Positions 11,780 through 24,589 are shown, counted from the stretch's first letter. The stretch: DNA of 64,000 nt from Macrostomum lignano (GCA_002269645.1 NIVC01000952.1:462967-526966); one strand, 5' to 3'. The notes: a model not told the origin generated them from the letters alone. Numbers and translations: made by a program.

Positions 11780-12215
11780 ACTTAACCGGAAGCTGAGTAT
11801 ATTTGACCATAAGCTGAATATATCTAACCGGAAGCTAAGTATATCTAACCGGAAGCTAAGTATATTTAACCATAAGCTGAATATATCTAACCGGAAGCTA
11901 AGTATATCTAACCGGAAGCTAAGTATATCTAACCGGAAGCTAAGTATATCTAACCGGAAGCTAAGTATATTTAACCATAAGCTGAATATATCTAACCGGA
12001 AGCTAAGTATATCTAACCGGAAGCTAAGTATATCTAACCGGAAGCTAAGTATATCTAACCGGAAGCTAAGTATATCTAACCGGAAGCTAAGTATATCTAA
12101 CCGGAAGCTAAGTATATCTAACCGGAAGCTAAGTATATTTAACCATAAGCTGAATATATCTAACCGGAAGCGATGTGTATCTAACCGGAAGCTAAGTATA
12201 TCTAATCGGAAGCTA
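11780..12215. repeat. 21-bp minisatellite (intergenic)
   Basis: Unit tatctaaccggaagctaagta with interspersed variant units. Confidence 0.9.
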
Positions 12216-12654
12216 TTTATCAATTGAAAACAAGCCATGAAACTCAAAATTAGAAATTTATCAAAACTAGAAACAAAGATGTTTCCATTTTAGTACAGGG
12301 TGAGCGTTAAGTTTTACTTTTGTATACTTTACAACAAAATGAAAGTATAATTTTATCGGAAATTAAATTTGAGAATTGCTAAAGTACACGGATTATACGG
12401 CAAACCTATAAGCTACTTCTAGTATTATGTGGAGGAACGGCAACAAAAAAAAAACAAAAAAATTTTTTTGGAGTGCAGGCCTCCAAAATAGTGCATTTTA
12501 TTCAACAAAAGAAAAGCATTTTCCAAAACGCAAAAATTAGTCTCAAGGCAGAGCAGTCTTGCGGCAACTGTTTAAATAAGTGGCTCTGTGTTTAACCACT
12601 GCCACCGGTGCTACCCGTTAAACACAGTCATCTCCTCCCGATGAAACCTCATCA

Positions 12655-13014
12655 TCAGAGCCTGTCTAATATTGGTTTTAATTTCACAGTTGCCATGGCA
12701 ACCGCCAGTACCAGGCCGAGAAAGCTGCGCAGCTGCTGGCCGGCCGAGGCGGCGATCCGCTTGCCGTAGAACTGCACATCCGAGCGCGACTCCAGCGAGT
12801 AGCGCGGCAGCCCCATCCGGCGCACGTCCGACGCGTCCACGCTGGCTCGGCAAATGAAGGTCAACCGCCAGACCTTCCAGATCTCCGTGACCACCGGCAT
12901 TCGGACAAACAGGTTCTCCAAGACCCGCGGCCGGTCGATAGCCGACCTGCGCGTCTCGATGGAGCTCGGCGACGCCTTCAGCACGTCTGTGGCGAAGTCG
13001 CTCAGGCTGATCTC
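12655..13014 (-). CDS. Orphan secreted or GPI-like protein, exon 3
   Basis: Acceptor cccgcgccccag|, phase 0; hydrophobic C-terminus QQLRSFLGLVLAVAMATVKL. Confidence 0.6.
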   Translation of the reverse strand, partial: EISLSDFATDVLKASPSSIETRRSAIDRPRVLENLFVRMPVVTEIWKVWRLTFICRASVDASDVRRMGLPRYSLESRSDVQFYGKRIAASAGQQLRSFLGLVLAVAMATVKLKPILDRL

Positions 13015-13309
13015 CTGGGGCGCGGGGGCCGAGATTGATAAATTTTCGAGATAGTTGAACACTTGAGCTTGACGAGCAATTTAGAGACAGATCAGGGACT
13101 CTTCAATACATGGGACGGAAATTAGAGACTAGCATGAAAAAATCTTGGGAGGCCGATTTTATGTTTTCTGCCAGCATGGGTCTTATTTTTGTGTACTAAA
13201 AAAATTCTGACATGCGGCAGACTCGTAAAGTCACCACCCTTCAGAGGCTGGAGTATAAATTTTCAGTCACTGTGCTTTTGTCAAATTTTCCCAATCACTC
13301 TTCAAAGTC

Positions 13310-13790
13310 CTGACGCATCCTGCTCGATCCAATGGAGTCCAGCTGGTGACGCATCCTGCTCGATCCAATGGAGTCCAGCTGGTGACGCATCCTGCTCAAT
13401 CCAATGGAGTCCAGCTGGTGACGCATCCTGCTCAATCCAATGGAGTCCAGCTGGTGACGCATCCTGCTTATTCCAATGGAGTCCAGCTGGTGACGCATCC
13501 TGCTCGATCCAATGGAGTCCAGCTGGTGACGCATCCTGCTCAATCCAATGGAGTCCAGCTGGTGACGCATCCTGCTCGATCCAATGGAATCCAGCTGGTG
13601 ACGCATCCTGCTCGATCCAATGGAGTCCAGCTGGTGACGCATCCTGCTCGATCCAGTGGAGTCCAGCTGGTGACGCATCCTGCTCGATCCAATGGAGTCC
13701 AGCTGGTGACGCATCCTGCTTATTCCAATGGAGTCCAGCTGGTGACGCATCCTGCTCGATCCAATGGAGTCCAGCTGGTGACGCTGGTGA
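13310..13790. repeat. 36-bp minisatellite (intronic)
   Basis: Unit ccagctggtgacgcatcctgctcgatccaatggagt, about 13 copies. Confidence 0.95.
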
Positions 13791-13964
13791 GTTGAAGAGC
13801 CAGATTTCAAGAGTTGACAGTGCGAAGATTCTACACGAAAGTCAGACACAGATCGAGAAAACTTAATAAAATCGGCCTCCAAAATCGGTTTCCCGCCCCT
13901 AGTATTGAGTATTTCCTGAAATAGCGACATATTACATGCTTGGATTGTTTGATTTATTGAATGA

Positions 13965-14142
13965 ATTAAATGGATTGCTAATCTATAATGGATTGCTAAT
14001 CTATAATGGATTGCTAATCTATAATGGATTGCTAATCTATAATGGATTGCTAATCTATAATGGATTGCTAATCTATAATGGATTGCTAATCTATAATGGA
14101 TTGCTAATCTATAATGGATTGCTAATCGATAATGGATTGCGA
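13965..14142. repeat. 18-bp minisatellite (intronic)
   Basis: Unit aatggattgctaatctat, about 9 copies, starting just inside the donor. Confidence 0.95.
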
Positions 14143-14154
14143 ATCTGAGCTCAC

Positions 14155-14387
14155 CTTCCAGGTGGACCCGGGTAGAAAGGGGTCGAGCACCCGGAAGACC
14201 GGGTCAATGGACACGTACTTCATGCCATCGTGGTGCACAGTACAGTTGAATGTCACCGCCATGTCCAGATTCGCGAAGGTCACGTGGGGCAGCGAGCCGT
14301 TGGCGGTCACCGTGTTGAACAGCGGCATGGAGAACACGGAGACGTAGAAAATGAAGACAAAGTTCTGCACCGTGAACTTGTACGTGC
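14155..14387 (-). CDS. Orphan secreted or GPI-like protein, exon 2
   Basis: Acceptor gcatcag| and donor aag|gtgagc; phases match exons 1 and 3. Confidence 0.65.
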
Positions 14388-14467
14388 CTGATGCAGCGAT
14401 GGCATGTTGGGGAGAATTACATCTCACAGCTATGCTGCAGGAATCCCTTCTGGTCTGCTTGCAGGCA

Positions 14468-14985
14468 TGTTAGACAGACAGGTGTCTTAGACAGACAAGG
14501 TGTGTTAGACAGACAGGTGTGTTAGACAGACAGGTGTGTTAGACAGACAGGTGTGTTAGACAGACAGGTGTGTTAGACAGACAGGTGTCTTAGACAGACA
14601 GGTGTCTTAGACAGACAGGTGTGTTAGACAGGTAGGTGTGTTAGACAGACAGGTGTGTTAGACAGACAGGTTTGTTAGACAGACAGGTTTGTTAGACAGA
14701 CAGGTGTCTTAGACAGACAAGGTGTGTTAGACAGACAGGCGTGTTAGACAGACAGGTGTGTTAGACAGACAGGTGTGTTAGACAGACAGGTTTGTTAGAC
14801 AGACAGGTGTCTTAGACAGACAAGGTGTGTTAGACAGACAGGTGTGTTAGACAGACAGGTGTGTTAGACAGGCAGGTGTGTTAGACAGACAGGTGTGTTA
14901 GACAGACAGGTGTGTTAGACAGACAGGTGTGTTAGACAGGCAGATATGTTACACAGGAAAGGATGTTAGACAGACATCTTAGACA
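14468..14985. repeat. 17-bp minisatellite (intronic)
   Basis: Unit gtgtgttagacagacag. Confidence 0.95.
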
Positions 14986-15078
14986 AAGAGGCTCTCGTAT
15001 TTCGAACTCCTGCTATCAGGTCTGCATATCATAAAAGGGGGTAAAGAGCCTGCCCCTCCCCAGGCGCTCCGGCATCAC

Positions 15079-16408
15079 CTTCGTGAGAGAGGTTGACGTG
15101 GCCGCGCAGCAGGACGGCGTTCCCGAACTGCGCCAGGCTGTAGTGCCCGCAGCTCTGCCACTTGTGCGTCGAAACGTCCAAATAGTTGGTGCACTCCTGG
15201 TTGTTGAAGAACACCTTGGTGACCTCCTTGGTCCTGTCGCTGCACACCACCGGGCTCATCAGCACGGCGTCAAGCATGCCGGTGCTGAACTGCACCCATC
15301 GAGACTGCCGGTTCTTATAGGACCCGCACGGCTCGCTGCTGGGGTCGATCGCGCTAGCAGTTGTGCTGGGCACAGAAATGTCGGCCACCCGCAGCGCCAG
15401 ACGGTACTTCCACACCGCTGGGTTCAGCGATATTCGAAGGCAAATTCGAACCCGACCGCCGGCACCCTGCAGCAGCTTCTTCAGGTCTGCCTCCAGCGAC
15501 AGGCGCGAGTAGGTGAGCACGCCTGATTGGATCTCGATGAAGTAGTTGGGCTGGGCGAACAGGAACTGCGCAATGTCCGGGTCCGAGTCGCCAGTGGTGA
15601 ACAGAATTCGGCCGTCGGTTTTCGCTATGTCGCTGCAGGTGCGGGAGCCGTGGATGAGCATGACGCTGATGGACAGCATCGGCCGGATGAAGATCGGCGC
15701 TCGCTTCAGCACGTACAGAAACTGGTCGTCCAGCAGCTGCACGCTGTCAACACGGCTGCTGTTGGTCTGCTTGAACAGGGAGGTCAGGAAGGCGGTGCCC
15801 CGCTCAGACAGGATGTACCTGGTGACCTGTTGGCCCGAGGACTGAGTTGGCAAGGAGTTCAGCTTGGAGAAGCTGTCCATGTTATACACCAACAGGCTGG
15901 CCGACAGCTCCGTGCCTTCGCGAAATTCAACTCGAACCCGAAGCTCGAGGGTGTGTGTCATCGACTGCTTGAAGCTCACCTTGTTGCGGCTGTCGAGAGT
16001 GAAGTGGAAGGAGAACATGTACGGCTTGCTGCTGAGCTTGCTGAGGGAGAAGGCGCGGTTGTGGCTGCAGTAGAGCTTGCTGCTGTCCAGGCCGTTGTCG
16101 TGGGTGATGTTGAGCTCCTGGTACTGGGCGTCAGTGCTCGAGCACTTGAACAACAGGTAGCTCAGTGGGGGCACGAGCGGCTGATGGTACTGGCTCACGT
16201 TCAGCACCACTTCGAGGGGTCTGTCGAGGGGCAGGCAGGTGATGAGGGTCTGCAGACCCGGGCGCCACTTATCGTCGGCGCTGAGTAGAACTGAGGTGTG
16301 GGTGGAGTACTCCAGGTGCGGCAGCTTTCTGACGAGATCCGAGCCAGCGGACAGCAGAGCCAGCAGAGTCAAGGATAAAAGCACCGCAGCACCGGACTGT
16401 TTGAGCAT
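15079..16408 (-). CDS. Orphan secreted or GPI-like protein, exon 1 (full model about 640 aa)
   Basis: Long GC-rich ORF with signal peptide MLKQSGAAVLLSLTLLALLSAGS; donor gaag|gtgatg in phase with exon 2. No domain recognised. Confidence 0.7.
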
Positions 16409-16639
16409 GCCGAAGGCTTTTGAAGCTCGTGCTGCTCTCTGCACGAATATGGCAACACAGATAAAAAGCAGAGAAACTGATTTTCCTAAATTTGTAGCTC
16501 AGTGCTGCTCTGGTCAGCTGCCCGAGATTGTCTCTGGCAGAGCCTGATTTCTGCATCTAAATAAAAATTTACATCTGCTGCGTGAGCGAGGGCACGAAGA
16601 TACGGATGTACTTAAGCATTTAAGCGAGGCTGAAATAGC

Positions 16640-16942
16640 GATTCTCATGAATCACTATGATTTAGTAGCGATTCGCATGAATCACCATGATTTAGTAGCG
16701 ATTCTCATGAATCACCATGATTTAGTAGCGATTCTCATAAATCACTATGATTTAGTAGCGATTCTCATGAATCACCATGATTTAGTAGCGATTCTCATGA
16801 ATCACTATGATTTAGTAGCGATTCTCATGAATCACCATGATTTAGTAGCGATTCTCATGAATCACTATGATTTAGTAGCGATTCTCATGAATCACCATGA
16901 TTTAGTAGCGATTCTCATGAATCACCATGATTTAGTAGCGAG
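16640..16942. repeat. 30-bp minisatellite
   Basis: Unit atgaatcaccatgatttagtagcgattctc, about 10 copies. Confidence 0.95.
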
Positions 16943-18035
16943 TTTCATAGTTTTGTGGCAATTCTTATGGTTTTGTGGTGATTCCCATGGTTCTATGGTG
17001 GTTCTCAGGGGGCCGTAGCCCAGCGGTAGCGCAGCTGCTCTGGTGTGCCAGCGACCCAGGCTCGATTCCAAGTGCAGTCACATTAATTTGGGGCTGAATT
17101 GGAATCTCGGCTTGACTCTGCTCGTGCAATTAACGGCCTTGAGAGCCAACCCCCCAAGGCGCAGTGAAGTGTACATGCCTAACGATAAAATAAAGTTAGG
17201 GCCGCTGTACACCTGCGTGAGTGTGTGCCTGCGTACGTATCCGCGCGCTTGTATGCCTGCTCAGGGGAGTCGGCGGAATGGGCAGTAATGCCTCTCGCCG
17301 GTTGTGTGCCTATGTCGCTTGAAGTGCGCCAGGGTGCACACAACCCCCCTGCCTCTAATAAATGGTGGTTCTCATGGTTCTGTGGTGATTCTCATGGCTT
17401 TGCGGTGGTTCTGTAGTGATTCTCATGGCTTTGCAGTGATTCTCATGGTTTTGTGGTGATTCTCATGGTTTTGTGGTGATTCTCATGGTTCTGTGGTGAT
17501 TCTCATGGCTTTGCAGTGGTTCTCATGGTTCTGAGGTAATTCTCATGTTTTGTGGTGATTCTCATGGCTTTGCAGTGGTTCTCATGGTTCTGTGGTGATT
17601 CTCATGTTTTGTGGTGATTCTCATGGTTTTGTGGTGATTCTCATGGTTCTGTGGTGATTCTCATGGCTTTGCAGTGGTTCTCATGGTTCTGAGGTAATTC
17701 TCATGTTTTGTGGTGATTCTCATGGCTTTGCAGTGATTCTCATGGTTCTGTGGTGATTCTCATGGTTTTGTGGTGATTCTCATGGCTTTGCGGGGGTTCT
17801 CATGGTTCTGTGGTGATTCTCATGGCTTTGCAGTGGTTCTCATGGTTCTGAGGTGATTCTCATGGCTTTGCGGTGGTTCTCATGGTTCTGTGGTGATTCT
17901 CATGGCTTTGCGGCGGTTCTCATGGTTCTGTGGTGATTCTCATGGCTTTGCGGTGATTCTCATGTCTGTGGTGATTCTCATGTATTAGTGATTCTTATGT
18001 CTGTGGTGATTCTCATGGATTAGTGATTCTCATGA
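16943..18035. repeat. 20-bp minisatellite interrupted by a SINE
   Basis: Unit gtggtgattctcatggttct and variants. Confidence 0.9.
17008..17361 (+). mobile_element. tRNA-derived SINE, copy 1
   Basis: Head with A-box-like TAGCCCAGCGG and B-box-like GGCTCGATTCC; ends in aataa(a); 13-bp flanking duplication atggtggttctca; near-identical copy at 42379-42730. Confidence 0.85.
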
Positions 18036-18559
18036 TCGCTGGTTCAGCAGGACGATGCCGGGCCAATGATAGCTCAGCGGCATCCGTAGCAACTGAGGCT
18101 CAGGCGAGCTCAGGCGCTTCCGATGGCAGTGCCAGGCAGCAAAGCAATTACTGACAAGCCTCTTTAACCTTCTTTTACGGTCTTGTCATTTCAAGACAGG
18201 CTGCAACCTACAGCAAAGCAGATAAAACAGAAGCAACAATGGCAACCCCGTGTTTCACGCATTTCATTAATCATACAATTTGAATAAGCATTTCGAGACC
18301 AACAGTTTATTTGAGGTTGCCGAGTTCACAGCAAACCCTGAAACGCAGCCAAATGTACTTTAATTTTCTAAATATGCAACATTTTGTACAGATTGAGTAC
18401 AAACTTATTAAAAGGAACAAGAGAAGCACTGTCAGGCATTTGTGAAAATTAAATATGAAAGCAGCAGATATTCTTTTGCACATGGAATATTCATCAACTT
18501 TACTTATGATGCTTTCTGCACGACTCAGTTTCAGGAGGCCGAGTCTTCGCGTGCTTCAG

Positions 18560-19340
18560 AGTGATTCTCACGATGGTTCAGGTGGATTTACATGATTCAG
18601 GGGCGATTCTGATGATTATTCAGGGGCGATGATGCCTCGGAGGGGGGCAATTCTCATGATGATTCAGGGGCAATTCTCATGATGATTCAGGGGCAATTCT
18701 CATGATGATTCAGGGGCAATTCTCATGATGATTCAGGGGCAATTCTCATGATGATTCAGGGGCGATAATGCTTCAGGGGCGATTCTCATGATGATTCAGG
18801 GGCGATTCTCATGATGATTCAGGGGCGATTCTCATGATGATTCAGGGCGATGATGGTTCAGGGGCGATTCCACGATGATTCAGGGGCAATGATGGTTCAG
18901 GGGCGATAATGCTTCAGGGGCGATTCCACGATGATTCAGGGGCAATGATTATTCAGGCGCGATAATGCTTCAGGGGCGATTCTCATGATGATTCAGGGGC
19001 GATTCTCATGATGATTCAGGGGCGATTCTCATGATGATTCAAGGCGATGATGGTTCAGGGGCGATTCCACGATGATTCAGGGGCAATGATGGTTCAGGGG
19101 CGATTCCACGATGATTCAGGGGCAATGATGGTTCAGGGGCGATAATGCTTCAGGGGCGATTCCACGATGATTCAGGGGCAATGATTATTCAGGGGCGATA
19201 ATGCTTCAGGGGCGATTCCACGATGATTCAGGGGCAATGATTATTCAGGGGCGATGATGCCTCGGTGGGGGGGGCAATTCTAATGATAATTCGGGGCAAT
19301 TCTCATGATAGTTCGGGGGCAATTCTTATGATAGTTTAGA
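18560..19340. repeat. About 23-bp minisatellite
   Basis: Unit ggggcgattctcatgatgattca and variants. Confidence 0.9.
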
Positions 19341-19444
19341 AACAATTCTCATTAACAACAGCTTAATGTGCTTCAGTAGCAATCCGCATTGGTTGGCGGG
19401 CAGCACAGCGCAGCGGTGACTGATAGTACGTCTCCCCGGCAGCC

Positions 19445-19921
19445 TCAGAACGTCACCTTGACGTGGAAGCCCCTGGGAACGCGGCTGATGCGCCAGGAGT
19501 CCTTGTCCTCGAACCTGTTGAACAGCGGCTCGATCTTCTGCGACTTCTTGCTGCGGCTCAGCTTGGTGGGGTCGCCGAACTTGAAGAAGTTGGGCGCAAA
19601 CTCAACCAACCAGCGCGGCTCGATAGCCGTCACCTCGCGCATGTACTCCTTGGTGGTGAGCACCAGTTCGTGGTAGATCACCCAGGCCGGCTGGTGCTGG
19701 AAGATGCCGGACGATGGGTGGATGTACACGCACTGCTGGTCAACCAGGGTCCGGTAGCCCTCCTGAGGATCTTTCTTGGCCGCGTTGCGGAAGAAGCCGG
19801 AGACCAGAGCCTTCTGCACCTTGACCGTCTGCTTGCCGCAGGAGGTCACCTCAAGTTTGTGCCGGTCCATGATGCCCAGCAGCTGCTTGCGGACGTCCTG
19901 GGCTCGCTTCATGCTGCGCAC
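19445..19921 (-). CDS. DHX8: DEAH-box RNA helicase DHX8/PRP22, exon 6
   Basis: [13 protein letters not shown]...[20 protein letters not shown]...[16 protein letters not shown]...DSWRISR C-terminus; acceptor gacag|. Confidence 0.95.
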   Translation of the reverse strand: MRSMKRAQDVRKQLLGIMDRHKLEVTSCGKQTVKVQKALVSGFFRNAAKKDPQEGYRTLVDQQCVYIHPSSGIFQHQPAWVIYHELVLTTKEYMREVTAIEPRWLVEFAPNFFKFGDPTKLSRSKKSQKIEPLFNRFEDKDSWRISRVPRGFHVKVTF

Positions 19922-20029
19922 CTGTCAATATGCGGGAGCAGGTGAAATCGGTCAAATAAATGTTTAATGAAATTTTTTAAAGAGCCAGTAGAAATCTTTC
20001 AGCATGTTATACAATTCTTCCTAACGGAT

Positions 20030-20565
20030 AAATTCTCTCAGACTATCCAGAGTCCCCATAGCAACCAGTCTGAGTTCTCTCAGACTATCCAGAGTCCCCA
20101 TAGCAACCAGTCTGAGTTCTCTCAGACTATCCAGAGTCTCCATGGCAACCAGTCTGGAGTCTCACAGTCTATCCAGAGTCTCCATGGCAACCAGTCTGGA
20201 GTCTCACAGACTATCCAGAGTCCCCATGGCAACCAGTCTGGAATCTCTCAGTCTATCCAGAGTCCCCATGACAACCAGTCTGGAGTCTCACAGACTATCC
20301 AGAGTCCCCATGGCAACCAGTCTGAATTATCACAGTCTATCCAGAGTCCCCATGACAACCAGTCTGGAGTCTCACAGTCTATCCAGAGTCCCCATGACAA
20401 CCAGTCTGGAGTCTCACATACTATCTAGAGTCCCCATGACAACCAGTCTGGAGTCTCACAGACTATCCAGAGTCCCCATGACAACCAGTCTGGAGTCTCA
20501 CAGACTATCTAGAGTCCCCATGACAACCAGTCTGGAGTCTCACAGTCTATCCAGAGTCCCCACGA
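20030..20565. repeat. 39-bp minisatellite in DHX8 intron 5
   Basis: Unit similar to tatccagagtccccatgacaaccagtctggagtctcacagac, period 39, about 14 copies. Confidence 0.95.
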
Positions 20566-20666
20566 CAGGAAATTTGGGATTATTTGGCACATATAGATGG
20601 CAATGGAAATATTTCCTCGCAAGTTGGGATTAATCTGGCTTAGATCCCGGCCTAGCACAGGCTCAC

Positions 20667-21281
20667 CTGTATGAAGTTTTCGTAGCACCACTGCGGCGCG
20701 AAACGCTGGTGCTGCCAGGCGTTGTACACGGCCAGCAGGGTGAGGTGGTCGCCCTCGGGCTGGTGGAAGCGGGCCTTGCGCTGGTCGGCCAGCTCGGCCT
20801 TCTCCTTGGGCCTGTAGAAGACGTTCTGCACTGACAGCATGCTGACGATGGTGAGGGCCTCCTCGGCGCAGCCAAGCTGCACGGACATGATCAGCACCTT
20901 GCACAGCATGGGCTCCAGCGGGAACTCGGCCATCCGGCGGCCTAACCGGGTCAGCAGGCCTTCGTCATCGAGCGCCGAGAGGGCATGCAGCTGCTCCATG
21001 GCGGCCAGCAAAGTCTGCATCGGTGGCGGGTCCATGAAGTCGAAGGTCAGCAGATCGTTGATGCCCATGGCCTTCAGGCTGAGCACAGTGGCTGCCAGGT
21101 TGGTCCGCTGGATCTCCGGCACCGAGGTGGCGAGCATCTCGTCCCGGTAGGCTCGCTCGGTGTACAGCCGGTAGCACTTGCCGGGGCCTGTGCGGCCCGC
21201 CCGGCCCGCCCGCTGTTGCGCCTGGGCCTGCGAGATCGGCGTCACGATGAGCTGGTCCATGCCGGACTTGCTGTTGTACAC
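20667..21281 (-). CDS. DHX8: DHX8/PRP22, exon 5
   Basis: [18 protein letters not shown] (motif VI), HA2 domain, [10 protein letters not shown]; 615 nt, phase 0/0. Confidence 0.95.
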
Positions 21282-21304
21282 CTGCGGGGTAGCGGGCAAG
21301 GTAG

Positions 21305-21540
21305 GGGGTGGGTGCTGCAGGTGTGCACCTAAGCGGTGGTGGGTGCTGCAGGTGTGCACCTAAGCGGTGGTGGGTGCTGCAGGTGTGCACCTAAGCGTTG
21401 GGTGGGTGCTGCAGGTGTGCACCTAAGCGGTGGGTGGGTGCTGCAGGTGAGCACCTAAGCGGTGGGTGGGTGCTGTAGGTGTGCACCTGAGCGGTGGGTG
21501 GGTGCTGCAGGAGTGCACCTGAGTGGAGGTGGGGTGGGTG
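21305..21540. repeat. About 30-bp array at the 3' end of DHX8 intron 4
   Basis: Unit cacctaagcggtggtgggtgctgcaggtgtg; related to the array at 28256-28490. Confidence 0.9.
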
Positions 21541-22812
21541 CAAGGACTACTAAACTAGCTAGGTACACTTGGAAATGGTGGAAAGTTTTGGAAGCCGGCT
21601 TGATTCTGCACAATGAACGCATGCCAAAGAAAGTATGGAAACATTACTAGTTGTGTTCCATATCTTCGTTATTCAAAACTAGAATTGCCTTGGTTTGCTC
21701 TGAGGCATGCCTTTGAGCAGACCAGCTTTAGTACCCCCGGGGGGCTGGTTTTGGGTCTTTGAGCGTGCGCAGGGTTGGCGTGGGGGTGTACGTTGTGTGT
21801 CTCTACCCTCCTGTGTGCAGCGGTCCTTTCTCCTCCGCCTGCTGAGGGTTTGTTATGCCCCATTTCGCAGGAGCTCCTGAGTTCTCGCTCTCGCTAACCT
21901 TAGTCGATTTTATTTCTCTTCGTTTTTCATTCGGCTGTTAATGGCGTGTTCGTCACCAAATATACAAGCTCGGAGGCCGTTGCGTCGCTTCTGTGTTCTC
22001 GCAAACCTCGGTGTTCCTTCTGGGCTGGGTACTAAATAGACTGTTCACAGCTAACTTAGCCCATGGATTCTTGAAAACTAAGCTTTTACATACATACATA
22101 CATACTGGTATTGTTAAAATAACTTTAGATAACTGAATAAAGGGCGTGCTTATCTTATTATCTGTTGGTCTTTGATCTATTGACTCCAAAATCCCACTAA
22201 GAGTATGACATATAAATGTTAATACCTAAATTATTGCCATATAACATGCAATGATGACTTATATATTAGGTAAATTTTATTAAGCCTCATTAAATATACA
22301 TCAATTACGCTATTAATTATAATAATACAATAACTCTTATAATGCTATAAAGTCTCTATTCAAAGAATCTAATGCAATTTTTTATAATTATATTTTCATT
22401 CAAAGGTCATTCTAGACGATTCAGTGCAACTTAGCAGCCTGAGCTGCCCAGAAGTTTGTGTGCGCCTTAATTGCCAAAAAAATTTGACTAAGGACGATCC
22501 GGACACTTGTCACTGCATCAGACGAGAAGCTGGCCCGTCGCGCTTATCAGTCTTGCGTAAGTTGAAGATCATTGATCTTTCGTTTACAGGCTCAATCTAT
22601 CAATTTCTATTAATCTATCGAGGAACACCATTGAATTATGAAAATCATATGCAGGAGAAACAAAATGTATTCCACTTTAACCTGCAAGAAGCACTCCTTT
22701 GACTTTCATTAACTAAAGCAATGCTATTAAACATTTTTCTGCAGCATCTGTCTCCTGGTTCCGCTTTTGACACATACTCCCTTTCTCAGAAGGAGAGGGA
22801 AATAAGAGTCCT

Positions 22813-23800
22813 GTGAACAATACAGCCCTTCTCGTGCGAAACAGCAGCGTTCTATCTACTGTCGCCCAGTTGGCACCGCTCCCTGATTTGGAGCCTTCGG
22901 GTGATGAAGACGCTAACGTAGAAGGCAAAGAAACGGCTAGGACAGCTCTCGATCAGGCATCTGCTGCGGTGTCGGCATGGGAAGCACAATCTGCTGATTC
23001 CAACATTTCTACGGTGCCAAAAACACCAATTCCAGGACCTAGAAAAAAGTCCAAGCAGAAATCTTTTTCGACTAGCATATCAGAAGCAGCACCGACGCCC
23101 ACAGAGCCGACTCCTCCGGTGCTCCCTTCGATGAGGTTTGGGCCTGGCTACATTCATAATATGCAGCAGCAGATTCAAATCCTCGTTGATTTCCAATTAG
23201 AGAGCCCACATGGTCTCGTTTATGTGCAGCTGAGCATTCTCCGAGAGTTTGCGATGAGAAGCAGCGCACTTGAGGCCAAAATAGATGCGCTAACGAGTGA
23301 GATAACAGGATATCGCTCTGAGATCAAGCGGCTGTCATCCGTTATAGACCTAATAGTGAATCTGTGCAAGTAAACTTTCGAAGCGATAAACACGTGGGAA
23401 GACTATGTCTGCTTCATTGAGAACCCCAAGGTCTTGCACGAGAATTTGGTGGATTTATAATATTTACTCCTTTGAGATTTAGACTGAGCAAATTCCTACA
23501 TTAACTGTGTATATGTATATATGTATGTATATATGTATATGTATACAAAAAATACAAAAAACTGTACTGAAGTTTTAATAACTCTGTGCCCTTTGACAGA
23601 GAAATCAATTGCAACTCTTCGGACGTGCCAAGTGAGAAGATTCGGTACACGACATGCTCGACTCCACCCTAACGCTGAAGATGCAGGCCGTAGTGAACTA
23701 CAAGGGAGTCGACATGCAACAGAGAGCCACACAGGCTGGTGCACCTACCAAGTTAAGTGACGACGATCTTGAATTTAAAGTTTTTTTTACCATTTGTTTA
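22813..23800 (+). other. TE-associated ORF (186 aa plus degenerate continuation, DUF4806-like)
   Basis: Coiled-coil ORF 22813-23373; downstream frames TFEAINTWEDY and MLDSTLTLKMQAVVNYKG resemble TE-borne DUF4806-type proteins from memory only. Confidence 0.3.
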
Positions 23801-24589
23801 AAGTGAGTGCTATTTTTCACTAACATTTATAAGGAGATTTTCAACTCCTATGATTCAATTTAGGTTAGACAGCATGCACTGCTTGAATAAATTTCGAGAA
23901 TAAGCAAAATTATATCTCCGGTCTACTAATGCCCGATTTTGAGTAGCAATACAATTTTTAAAAAGAAATTCATGAATATTAATTAAGATCTAATTGCTGC
24001 TGCTCATTTATCTTTACCAGAATTGGTCAGCACGCTCTACAATTCCGATGATAAAATATATCGAAAGGAATATACTAGATGTACTCTACTGCAAGAGCAC
24101 AAATAAGTTTCAAATTCGGTTTTTTTCACCGGCGCCCGGGCGCACTGCGCTTGTGCTGGGATTTGCCTGGACAAACAGAGCGCCCTATTAACAGCGCCCG
24201 TCGTGGAGCGCTACCGCCCCCGTACTATTAAGCGCACCCCTATTTTCCCACTGGGTCGTTAAGATCGGACAATCCAAGCATCTCTGGTGGTTCAACACAA
24301 TTTTCGCGTGAATGCATACCGCTCTAATGCCCCGATCAGTTTGTCACAATTTTCGGGCTTTCAGCATCGGCTTGGGAGTTATAACCAACTGGAAGCAGTG
24401 GAAAAAATATATTAGGAATGCTGATTTAGACACAAACAGCAATTTAATTTTCAACTGTAAGGTCATCAGCCAATTGTGTAAAGAAATGCTCGTTAATCTT
24501 TCCCGATTCGTCAACTTATCCTCAGTCTTTCTGATTCAAAGGGAGTGTGTTTCATGCCACAAGAAGTTTTAGAAGCTGCTAACTTATTC

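Noticed and set aside
13189-13930. ORFs of 225, 211 and 149 aa with 12-aa repeats
   Set aside because: A 36-bp intronic array open in several frames; no coding signal.
15083-16288. Plus-strand ORFs of 147, 253 and 99 aa
   Set aside because: Antisense shadows of the GC-rich minus-strand exon.
17008-17080. tRNA gene
   Set aside because: A and B boxes are present but I could not fold a full cloverleaf; it is the head of a repeated element with TSDs (SINE).
21541-21660. LINE RT C-terminal fragment (ERMPKKVW)
   Set aside because: Too short and degenerate to support without a search.
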